Below are positions 26,006-37,700 of a stretch of 64,000 nucleotides of DNA, one piece after another. Position numbers and translations under genes: made by a program. Below the pieces are notes generated by a model that worked only from the letters and a program-made list of their open reading frames with translations, was not told where the DNA came from and did not search any database. Within the stretch, counting starts at the first letter, position 1, and each line of letters begins with the position of its first letter. The stretch is taken from assembly GCA_040954595.2 (NCBI GenBank), contig CM082591.2, forward strand, positions 7,244,047 to 7,308,046, given 5' to 3'. The DNA comes from Balanoglossus misakiensis. Its lineage: Eukaryota > Animalia > Hemichordata.

Positions 26006-29000
26006 GTATGGGACATTATAAATATTTTACCATCAACGCTTTGGTTCAGGATACAATTATGTGGTTTTGTTTCTTGACCTGCAAGACTTATATAGTCAAT
26101 TTTTAATTCTTGACTATCGTATTAGTGGATTAATTCTCCTTCAAACCAATCATGGCTTCTGCAATGTTTGAAGTTTGAATTATCATATAAACATTATTTA
26201 CATACTGATCTTAACTATTTGTCTCGTTAGCAAAGCTGCAAATAAATTATCAATACACCAGGTGTTATTTTTCGATATCCATATTCCGGCCCCTCATACA
26301 ATGAATGGACCACCACAAGTGGTAGGTCCATACATGCTCATACCAAACAGAAATTCAAACTGATGCAGTGTGTGTGGATGGATTAATTGAATGTGCATAT
26401 TAGTTCACTATGCAATGTTGTATCTTACACAATTGCTTAATTGTTGTTCTATCTGTCATCATCCATAGATAATCCCACTGACACAAAAATTGCAATCCAC
26501 GTCCAACTGGATGAAAATGTCTACCTGGGGTATCTAGCAGAAAATGAGGGCCAGAATGAGGAAAGACAGCAAACTATATCTACAGCTTGGAACAACTGCC
26601 AACAAGAGTTGAACAGAAGAGCAGCTGATGTGGTATCCAATAGTGACGACATCAACAAAGTCAAGAAAGCCTGCACTGATAAACTGGGGAAAGTGGACAT
26701 AACCAATATGGAAACAGGGTCTCTGCAAATCACAGCCGACATGCGTAGACTTTATAATCTGTACAGATTGCGGGGAAGCTGTCTTGAAGATTCAAGAAGT
26801 TTAGCCAAGGCATTAGAACCAATCTTGATGACAGATGAAATGACAGAGGCCAACACAGCTGGAATTCCACTACAGTTGATAGCTACATATGACCAAGCCA
26901 GGTTTGATGAACTGGAACTATTCTTTCTGAACAGTAAGTTTTGTTTATCAGAAACGGCAATAATAAACCTCTCAGATTATTGATTAAACCAGAAAAAAAT
27001 GGTTGCAATTGCCTTCCAAAAGAGATTAAAATCTTTCTGAAGCATGGTATTTAATTTATCAAGTTGATTTGACAAAGACTTCATATCAACATTTCTACTC
27101 AATGTACATGTAACTTGTTTGACATATAGATGAAATAGGATAACTTAAATTTTGAATGACTTCTGTGTGTATACGTAATTGTTGTAACAGTAACAGATAT
27201 GATTTCCTAGAAAAAATGTTTTATTTATTATCTTTCAGGAGATGGTGGAGGAATAGGACCTGTGGTATGTAACGACAGCGTAGACGATGAATATGTCAAT
27301 GAGATACTGGCTGAGGTATGCTTTGTAATTTTAACCCTTAAAGTGCCACACCTGACCAATTGCAAGCCAAGCTGCTCTTGGATGATTATTGTCTTCCAGA
27401 GTCATGTTGACTACACAGGTCAATTTATTGTGAGTGCTAAAAAAATATGACAGTGATAGATGCATGATGAATTTATGCACTTCATAATGTATCCAGTAAA
27501 AGGATAAAGCCTTTTATGCAGCATAACTTCCAATTTCAGGTTGATAGAACACACCTAACTTTGCAACGGGAGGTTACAGAAAAATATGTTGATATTGAAC
27601 AGACTGACCTGAAACAAAGTGAGTAATTTAATATAAATAATAGTCAAGTACTGGAAATATTTGGTACGTACTCTAGTCCACATTTGTTCATCTTTTGACT
27701 TTCTGGTCCAGCTGTGATCAGATAACTTGGGCATATATTTTGCTTAGAACACACTGACCACAATTTTCAAACGAACACTTATATACACAGTGGGGGATAT
27801 GTGCACACACTGCACATAAGGCTTCATAAATATTCACAGATTAGAATGGATTTTTGTCTTCAACATTGGATTTTTGTCTTCAACATTTCAGTCTTTCAAA
27901 TGCTCAGAGATTGGGCATGATATTTCAAATGCAATCATAAATAATTACTGACATGAATGGTTTGTTAACAGTTATTCAAATTTTTCTCTTGACAATTACA
28001 CACATATTTGACTTGTCAGTGTACACTTACACTATAATGTCCTGACTTTTTTTTATCTGAGGGATGATGTAGGAAGGATTTTGTTGTGGCCATGATATCT
28101 GGTTATGGGTTATATTTTACATTCAACACCGTGAACCACTTATTCTTTCTTCATAACCAGCTTAATTTGATGCTTTATGTGCCAAGACTTAAAACCTGAT
28201 GTTGTGTGTATTTTGCAGGTGGGATATTATCCAAGTTGTTGTTCCTTGAGATTGATCCAACACGAGAAATCCAGAAGTCAGCTGACAAATATGCATCTCT
28301 GATACTCAACAGTGAGCAGTGTAAAAGACAGAAAGGAAGGCAGTGTGACATCATACAACTATCAGGGAAAATGACCAAGAAAGTTCAGCATATCCTATCT
28401 CACAGACCTCAAGTCTTAGAGTTACTGGGTGTTAGAAGGTATTTTATGACTGACACAGAAAGCATGGATTTCAGTGAATCAGGTAACTCGCAAATATGAT
28501 GCAAACACCACATTTCCTTTACAAAGGGAAGTACCGGTATGTTTGCTGCACTTTGTAATAAAAAGTAATGGGAACATACACAGCTATGCACTGGTGTGCA
28601 ACATGAATGAAACTTTACAATAGTTATGCAATAATATCATTCTCTATGTGTGATAATTATGGAACTTTATACATGCCGAAGGTTACTTGTTATCAATAAC
28701 ATATATATTTATCTACATTCTCCATTTCAGAGTTGGAAGAAGAAATCATACAACATGGCAGACCAATTCATCCCATACCAGTAGAGTCTATCAGCTTACA
28801 AGCAAAAAGCTTACTGCCCTTTGAAGCTAGTGCAAAGCAGCTCAAAGAACTAAAACAACTGTTGGATGGGGCCCTGACAGAGAAGTCCACAATTCAGACT
28901 GAGTCAGTTGAGAATAAGAGAAAGCTAGTTGGAGAAATCACTAAACTGCAGACTGAGTCAGTTGAGAATAAGAGAAAGCTAGTTGGAGAAAACATTAAAC

Positions 29001-32000
29001 TGCAGACAGAGAAAATGATTCTAGAGAATCAGTTGAAAGAAGCACTTCAGGAAAAGTCACTCTTAGAAGAGCAGTACAAACAGAAACTTGCAAGTGTTGA
29101 GAAAGTAGCCTCAACACAACTTATGGATGTCATTTCCCTGAAGCAAAGATTGGAAGAGTCAGACCCTAGAAACATCCAAGAATTACACTCTAAACTTGAA
29201 CAACAAGAACAAACCATAACTGAGCTAAAGTCAAAATTATCCAAAATTCAGGATGAGCAATCTGACACTGAGTTGCAACTGAAAACTGCTAAAACTCTTC
29301 AACTGGAAGAAGATGCAAAATTGCAAATAGAACAAGGTGAGATTGTTTATGAATCTGCTCGATAATTCCTGCATCAGGAAATCCTTAAGTTAAATTGCCA
29401 GCTCATATATGTAGATTTAAAAAATGCAAATTTTCATTGTTGTAAGAATTATAACCAAGTACTTAACATTTAATTTCAAATATTTGTAGGCAAACTCACA
29501 CCATCTGATGTGCCTCTCAAGAAAGATGACACAGGAGACATATCACCTGTAACCATGGCTACAAAAGATGAAGATGAGCCTGTGAAACCAGCATCAATGC
29601 AACCTGAGATGGCATCAGAAGAAACAGGAGCAGAGAAAGCCGGACATCCACAACCAGAGACAATGGGAAAAGAAGACACTGAGGCTGTGGCCGAGATGAC
29701 GGAAGGAGATGGAACTGAGACTGAGAAAACCAAAGCAAAACAATTTAAGACAAAGGAAAAAGGTACACCAGTAAAACCTGTCAATAACAAACTTAGAAAG
29801 TTGGAACTACATTTACATCAATCTGATGTTGGAAAGCATGGTATAGTATACTAGTATTCTTGATAGAGAAAAATCAGTCACAGATATGCAATGAGATGAG
29901 TAAACATTCAATGTTGGCCAAATGATTCAATCTGATGTTGGAAAGCAGTACCGGTATATTCTTGACAGAGGAAAATGAGATATCCCATAAGAAATAAGAA
30001 ATCATTCCATTAAATATCAGCCAAACGTAATCAGATTAATTGACAGCACTATCGTAGTCAGTGTGTACTTGTAAATTCCACCCAATCACCTTTCTATCCA
30101 CTCGACACTGGGGTACCAAAGGGATCAGTTCTTGGTCCCATACTTTTCAATATGTACACGTCTCCATTAGGTGAATTAGTTCAAAGTCATGGTTGTCTTT
30201 ATAGTTTTTATGCAGATGACTCTTTACTTTATATGTCTTTTAGTAAAGACAACGCAGCAAGAACTGTTTCGAATCTTGAACTTTGGATGTCTGAAAACTT
30301 CTTGTGCTTAAACGATGATAAAACTGAATTTGTTATTTTCTCTGGTACTTCAGTTGATCTGTCTGCTAGAGGGATTTCAGAAATTCGTGTTGGCGATGCT
30401 CTGATTCCCGTCCAATGTCAGGCTAAGAGCCTTGGAGTGATCCTTGACTCTTGTCTGACAATGAAGCCACATATTTGACAGATCTGCCGCTCTGCCACTT
30501 TTCATTTACGTCGCATTGCGCTTATTCGCAAATATTTATCTCAATCTGCTACAGAGCAATTAGTTCATGCATTCATTACTTCTCGAATTCACTTTTATTT
30601 GGGCTCCCGAAGTATTCAACCAAACGTATTCAACGTGTTCAGAATATTGCTGCTAGAATTGTTACTCGTTCAAAAATCACCTGTCACATCACTCCAATTT
30701 TGTATCAGTTGCACTGGCTACCTGTTACTCAGCATATTGTTTTTAAGATGTTAGTTCTCATTTTTAAATCCATTCATAAACTTGGTCCAATCTATCTTTC
30801 TAACATGACTAAACTATATGTTCCGTGTCGCAATTTAAGGTCAGCTTATCAGTTCAAACTCTGCCCTGTTCGATCACGCACCAAGAGTTATGGTGAACCG
30901 TGCTTTTACTGTTGCTGCTCCAATTCTTTGGAATAATCTTCCACTCACCAATCGCCAGGCACCAGACTTATCTGTTTTTAAATCAAATGTTAAAACTTTA
31001 CTTTTTAAATCTGCTTTATAGCCATTTGTTGTAGTGTTATTTTTGCTTTTAGCGTCATTGATCACATTTTTTGTGGATACTGACGCTATATAAATAAATT
31101 ATTATTATTATTATTATACTATATTTTCATTGTTTGATCACTTTCTTTTGCAGAAGAAAAGCAATCCAAAGGTGTGACCAGCAAGACAAGGAGATTTTTT
31201 GGTGGAAGTAAAGAAACTGCTGGTGATTCTGGGACTACAGGAAGTAAAGACATATCTGAGGATACAAAGGGAGCCAGTGTTTCAACATACTCTTCTCAAA
31301 CAGGTATGTGCATTTCATCTCAGTGATAGAAAATAACAGTTGAATACATGTGTTGATTATAAGGGACCAGTTGATTCAAAACTTCAAGTAAATGTTCAAT
31401 CATTGGTTGTAAAACCTCTACTATTACTTTTGCAGAAGATGAGCCGCCTAAAGGCATTGTCAGCAAGATGAGGAGAATTTTTGGTGGAAGTAAAGAAACT
31501 GTTGGTGATTCAGGGACTACAGGAAGTAAAGAGATATCTGAGGATACAAAGGGAGCCAGTGTTTCAGCAGAATCTTCTAAAACAGGTATGTAAATAACAG
31601 TTGAAAACATGTGTTGATAATAAAGGACCAGTTGATTCAAAACTTCAAGTAAATGTTGAATCATTGGTTGCCAGACTTCTACCGGTACTACCAAACTGCA
31701 TTGTGTGTAAATGTATAATATAAGAAAACTTGATGACATAACATTTATGGCACTTACCAGAAACCTTGACATCACAAAGCAAATTTTTACAAGTATGAGG
31801 CAAGATGAGAATAGAGGTCTGGTCACCAACAATTCAGAGAGTCCAAAATCATTATAAGAAACTTTTCACTTGATCAAACATAAACAAAGTAACATCAGAA
31901 GATACCAACCTTGTCATCTTTGAATTCAACTTTGTATTCTTTGCAAGAATAGATTGGCTGTCTGGTCATTGATGAATACTTTTGTCTGTAAATTAGAAAC

Positions 32001-34770
32001 ATCAAAATGCGTGCAGATATTGACTCAATATCAATATCATGTGGATGAGATTGTTATGATCAATTCTGCAAGAGCATTTGATGGAGCATCAAGGTGTGCC
32101 AGAATAGAAAAAAGAAAAGCTATGAGCCAATTTGTGTGCAAATGTCCAATGTACCGGTACAAGTAGGCTGATTATTGGCAGACACAGACAGCATAAAGCA
32201 ATATAAAATAGAACAGTGGTTCAACCCTCTGTTATGATTGATATGGTTGAATCCATATGCAACAGAAAGGGGTGAAAGGTTCACTCTTTGTTACAGTGGC
32301 CAGAAATAAAACAACTCTGGTCCAGGGTGAAAATGCTCAATTTCTACAATTTCAACCACTAGTTACAATCATTCAATTTCTTCATTTGACTTTGGAATTG
32401 TCATATGTAGATATTCCACAATATCAAGAAACTTTAATTTTGTTATGATTATAAATAATCAAAAAAGGTAATTCAAATTAGGAACTTACCAATTTTTTAT
32501 CCACGTGACAATCTGGAACAGCCAGTGGTGTTGAGACAGACTATTTATCATGACTCATCCTAAGTAACTGCAGGTTTTCCATCTCTCAGATCATCTGCAA
32601 TGATGTCAATATATAAGTGGTTAGGGTATTTTCTTGCAAAAAAATATATCACTAAATTTCCAACAATGCATTTGACTTTCCAATAAATTCTTTAAAGTTA
32701 GAAAGGTTTACTCATCTGGTAAAAGAAAGTACCAGCCCTCTCGGCTAAGGAGTAGATAATTCTTCTCTGTTCACCAATATGACAATTACTGATTGAAAAG
32801 CAGACCATCTCTGGTTGGCTGGAAAAAGAAACAAAATCTTTGGCACAACAACATTACAGATAGTATATAAAGTTAGAAATACTTTGTATTATAATAGTCT
32901 GTCAATAAAATGACAGATAGCTTTTTTCTTTATATTGCAAAGCAATAGAAATAGTTTCAGAAATTGATGTTTGCCTTGTTGCCCTGGTTTGAAAAGCTGC
33001 AAGTATAAGGTACGCAATGATCCTTGAGACATTGTTCAAGAATTTTTATGTAAGACCTACTAATTTCAAAATTACAAGGCAAAGATTATTCCTGTACTGA
33101 TCTGTTAAGATGTGTTACCATGACAACAATACTGTCACTAAATCCATTGAGCAATTGAATAGGAACATTTTTTATGGGTTACAAAGACCATAAATAAAGT
33201 GATAATTTCAGGTAATATTTCTGCTACTTGTTTTCAAAAATAGAATTATTAACTGATATTAACATTTTGTCCAGTTTCCATGGTGACTTGGTTTTGGAAA
33301 ATGTGTACATATAGAGTACTTTGGCAGAAATATATCATGGCAATAACTCGCTAAATTTGTAAAAAAAAAAGTTTAAAGTTAAATTAAAACACTAACTTTA
33401 GCACATTACCAATGTTTTACAAAATACATTGAGGTTCAGTTTTCATGGTTACCAGTCAATAATGCTACCATCATACATTTTTTCCTAAAAATAATGGACC
33501 AAAAAATTATCCCTGAAACTCAGTTCAAGAATTGTTATGAAATGTCTACTGAGTCAAAAGTTACAAGTAAAAGATTATTTTTGAACTGATTTCTTTGAAT
33601 GTGTTACCATGGCAACATCAACGATAGTATATCTATTGAATGGTTAAATAAGATAGTCTTTTATGTATATTATAATATCAAAAAGAGACAGAGTAAATTT
33701 CCTCCTAGCTATATTGCAGAGAAAAAGAAATAGTTCAAGAAACTCATGGTTACTCTGGTTGCCATGGTTATTTGTCACTGTAAACATTGTGTAGAAAAAC
33801 TACCCCTTAGTAGTTAAGTTGTCATAGCAATGATTCGTTTCTTTTGTAATATGTTTTCTCTTGTTAAAATGAACAATAAAACACTAACTCTAGCATATTT
33901 CTAATGCATCAATACAGCATGTTTGACCTTTGACCTTTGTTTCACCTAACAGGTCACTGGTCAGTGAGGACACTGGATGGCCAAAGTCCAAACCCAGGGC
34001 GAAAGTTTAAAAACCCATGGGGTATGGTGTTCCATGGTGACAAACTGGTGGTGTGTGACCAAGGCAACAGGGTTGTACAGATACTGAATCAAGATTACAC
34101 CTGTGACAAAGTCTTGGGAAGTTTTGATGGTCAGTTTGCAAAGCCATTCCAGCCACGGGATGTAGCTGTCTCCCATGACAACATCTACTTCATAAGTGAT
34201 GATGGAAATTCTCAAATTGTTGTTTGTGATCAAAACAATAAAATTCTTAGAATAATTACTCTACCTGCAGGCGTCGATGTCTGGGGCATCGCTCTACTGA
34301 ATGGATTTGTTTTGGTCACTGAGAGCAAAGGTGATCGGCTACTCAAGTACACCCAAGATGGTCAGTATGTTGCAGAGGTTGGTGGTGAAGGTGTTGGCCA
34401 AACACAATTCAATGGGCCAGTCTCTGTGGTGGTCAACAGTAAGAATGTCATCATGGTGTCTGACTGTGTCAATCACTGCATCAAGTGTTTTGATGCTGAA
34501 TTGAAATTCTTGTATCAATTTGGTGTGAGAGGTTCAGGTCCTGGTCAGCTGTGGGGTCCATACAGCATTGACGTCGATGACGACGATAATTTGTTTGTGT
34601 GTGATCATATGAATTCTAGGATTGTGAAATGGAGATTTGATGGAGAGTGGATCTGTCACTTATTTGAAGGGGAGGTGACATGGCCTCGGTTCCTTGCAGT
34701 CAGCGGTGACAGAATTGCTGTTAGAGAGACTTACAGCGACCAAATCAAAGTATTCTACAAGCAGACATAA
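23473..34770 (+). CDS. Complete multi-exon gene (copy B): 3x GT4-N-like repeats + GT4/GT-B-like domain + TRADD-N-like domain + coiled coil + low-complexity region + NHL beta-propeller, ~1804-1830 aa
   Basis: Hand-built model with GT-AG introns and consistent phases: 23473-26005, 26469-26933, 27239-27315, 27540-27618, 28219-28482, 28731-29336, 29490-29762 (alternative donor 29840), 31154-31303, 31436-31585, 33953-34770 (TAA). Sum 5415 nt, divisible by 3, no in-frame stops seen. Paralogous exons are conserved in copy C. Confidence 0.8.
26469..26933 (+). CDS. Exon 2 of copy B: TRADD-N-like domain
   Basis: TAG acceptor and A|GTAAGT donor. Pattern METGSLQITADMRRLYNLYRL...LAKALEPILMTDEM...LQLIATYDQARF fits the GSL-x-I / L-xx-L-xx-L / L-x-T pattern of invertebrate TRADD-like N-terminal domains (recognised from memory, not searched). 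Confidence 0.6.
28731..29336 (+). CDS. Exon 6 of copy B: long coiled coil
   Basis: Heptad-rich E/K/Q/L sequence in ORF 28733-29365; TTTCAG acceptor and AG|GTGAGA donor. Confidence 0.75.
30100..31117 (+). mobile_element. L2/CR1-type retrotransposon 3' fragment in intron 7 of copy B
   Basis: GVPKGSVLGPILF, FYADDSLLY, LNDDKTE, QN.AARIV, HITPIL..LHWLP; (TTA)n tail at ~31095-31117. Confidence 0.85.
33953..34770 (+). CDS. Terminal exon of copy B: six-bladed NHL-repeat beta-propeller (TRIM2/3/71-like NHL domain)
   Basis: NHL motifs FKNPWG, FQPRDVAV, G.G.G..QFNGP.SVVV, GSGPGQLWGPYSIDVD..NLFVCD; AACAG acceptor in phase 1; AATAAA at 34845-34850. Confidence 0.9.
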
Positions 34771-37700
34771 ACATCACCATGAAATACATGTCCACACGAA
34801 ATCAAAAAACAGTGAAATTTGGGAGAAAATTTAGAGGCTGCGGCAATAAATTTACGATTGATTGCATGCCATGGCAACAAAGTTCAAACTGAACCAATGT
34901 CACTTTCACAATTTTTGGAGTTATTTTCCACATTTTGAAGAAAAATTCCGAACAGAAATTAATTGTACGTGCAGTCGCTACATGTACTGAGTGTAGGAAA
35001 AATAAACTGAGGGTGTTTTGAGTAATTTTTGCAGTTTATTTTGAGGGATTTTGAGACAAGACTGTTTGAAACTGAATGCATTTCGTCAACTTGGCATGTA
35101 AACAATCAAAAATTGGGATCTTTTTTCCACATTTACAAAGCTCATTTTGGAAAAAAAATATTTCAGTCTACAGTCGCTTCATGTAACGAGTATAAACAAT
35201 TCAAAACTGAGTCGTTTTGGAATATTTTTACTCGTTTTTTTCATGAATTTTGACATGGAGGGGTCTGAAAGTTATGGTGTGCACAGTCCACTTCCCATCA
35301 GATCTCCATTGCATCCGAAAGGATGAAGGCGTTTCATCAATTTATGTGTGCAAAACAATTCTAAAAACTTACCTGTAAATCGCCAGAGATATATATTGTA
35401 TTGTGATCTGTAAATATTTCCATTCGATAGTCCAAAATAATTGTTATTTCAAATATATATGAAGAAAGGATGCGCGACCGGTAATCTTTTAGTTTTACCG
35501 CCATTTGTTTTGAACTGTGTTATGGGCGCACAGTTCAATGAACGAAGGGGGGAGCTTGACTTTAACGGCAGAGGGCGCTATGACTATTTCTGCTATCAGG
35601 AATAGGAATCGATTGTGCTTCACGAACATTGACATACGGTAAAGTGTGTTTTCGTCAGCGTAAAATGTATGTATGAACTTGGAGAAATATATTCATTTGA
35701 GACATATTTTAGTCGTTCTTGTAAATAATCATGTTCTCTATTTGATATTGTAAATATCGTGGTATGTTCTTGAATTTGCTAGCAAGATAAACTTTTCACA
35801 AACTTTAATAGGTAAACTTGATGAAATGGGAACTGTAGTATAAATATTCTCGTTGCCTTTTTCGCATTGTTGAACATAGCAGGTTTTTGTCAGCGTAAAA
35901 ATGTACATATGGACCTGGAGAAATATATTCATTTGAGGCATATATTTTAGTGTGTATTGCTCTCTATTTGATATTGTAAATATCCTGTTCTTGTTATGTT
36001 CTTGAATTTGCAATCAAGATGAAGTTTTCACAAAGGTAAACTTGATGAAATGGTACTGCTAGATTTTCAGAACAATTTATTTTTTCTTCCTGGCCTAAGG
36101 TTGAGATTCTATTGACGACCGACCATACATGTACGGTCCAATATGAAAGCAGCTGTCTGTGACCAACTCCAAAATTGCGCCCCCAAACACCACCACCACT
36201 ACGTAGGTGATTCCAAAGTGATTCCAAAAGACGAGTTTGTATTATTTTTTTGCCATTTCTTTATTTTCATCTAAAAATGGTCACCAAAATTGAGAATTGA
36301 CAATTGTGTGCAATTTTAAAAAAAGACAATAATTGTTTGTATCCATACCTTTTCTGATGATTACTCCTGAAATTGAGAGAAGATACTTTGTAGCTGAAGG
36401 AAATATTTTCTAAAATTCTATAAATTACATATATTATAGCGTTTTGCAACTATTAGTACATTCTATATTTAAAATTAGCTTTCTGAATGTGAACATTCCA
36501 GACAAATGCATACAAATATCTGGCATAAACTCTGTAAGTTTTACACAATGTTAGAAAAAAAGATGTTTTTCATAATTTCATAATTTTATCACACAGTTGT
36601 GAATTGAATGCATGCGCACAATTATCCCCAAACAAAAATGACTTATCTAAAATAATGAGTGTTGCTCAGTTTTCTGTTTGATAACAGATTTGTGTTTGCT
36701 TAAAGCAAAACACACAGTTGATTCAGAAAGATATGTATTATTTCAATAAATGCCCAGATTTGCAAATCTCAAAATTGGCCATCTTTTAACCAACTTTTTC
36801 TTAAAGCAATATTTTTCAATGTGTTGCCTTATAAAGCTCACATTTTATAACAATCAATAATAAATCTTTCTAAAAAAAATCTTCGCCATGCTGATGCCAT
36901 GCAGACTTTAATAAACATGATTGTAAACCATTTACATAATCCTAAGTCATATGTGCATATCCTAACTATCGATTTTAGTTCCGGCATGCTGGACTCATTT
37001 TTGTGTTGTCTGCTTGGAGATGACGCCATGTTTTGGAAGGGCGCCCTCTATAGCAAAAAGGCGTACGCAGATCAAAATGAAGCTCAACCTACAATACTAA
37101 CTTCAGCTTTGAGCAGATTTTCAAAATATCCCAGCATTACGAACCCGGACATCTGCTATGGATGTACAATCATGACCAATATGCACACTATGTAAAAGTA
37201 AATCTATCAACTGCACATCATCCCACCAACCACTAAAGATAATTTCAGCCTCTCGTCTTATAAAAGATCCATGAAAAATTTGAGAACAGATTTGGAAGAC
37301 GATGATTATTTTGAAAATTGGTTGCGAAGGTTACAGTGTATTCAGAGCATTCAGCAGTTATTAAACATAGATTTCACATATCATGTCAATCTCAACATTA
37401 TTACGTTTAATTGTCAGGGTTCTCAACACGCTGGTTAGCAGTGGTCAGGCTGACCAGCACTTAAGTTAAAAGCCAGCAACCAAAGGCTGCCCGCAGGTAC
37501 TAAATGTATTGTCTACTCAATCCAGTCTATTGTCTTATTTTGATATGTTGATGAAGTGGTATGACTTGCAACAGTCATGAATATTAATGAGTATGAATAT
37601 TAATGAGTAGCCAGCACTAAAGTCAACCATGTGAGAACCCTGAATTGTATTTGACACCAACTGATATTTTTCACATGATTTGTAATTTTCAAGAATTATT

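Larger units (their letters stand above)
949..32770 (+). repeat. Segmental tandem duplication unit 1 (paralogous to 32771->64000)
   Basis: Collinear matches: 949 vs 32772 (caccaatatgacaattactg), 8418 vs 36899, LINE 13.8-16.9k vs 41.9-45.1k, hAT 17.2-18.5k vs 45.5-46.7k, ATG 23473 vs 58592. Confidence 0.9.

Noticed and set aside
29763-30020. Extension of exon 7 to 29840 or a stop at 29854 ending the gene
   Set aside because: This segment is partly duplicated at ~29925-30020 like intronic DNA, and in-phase downstream exons exist; the donor choice (29762 vs 29840) remains unresolved.
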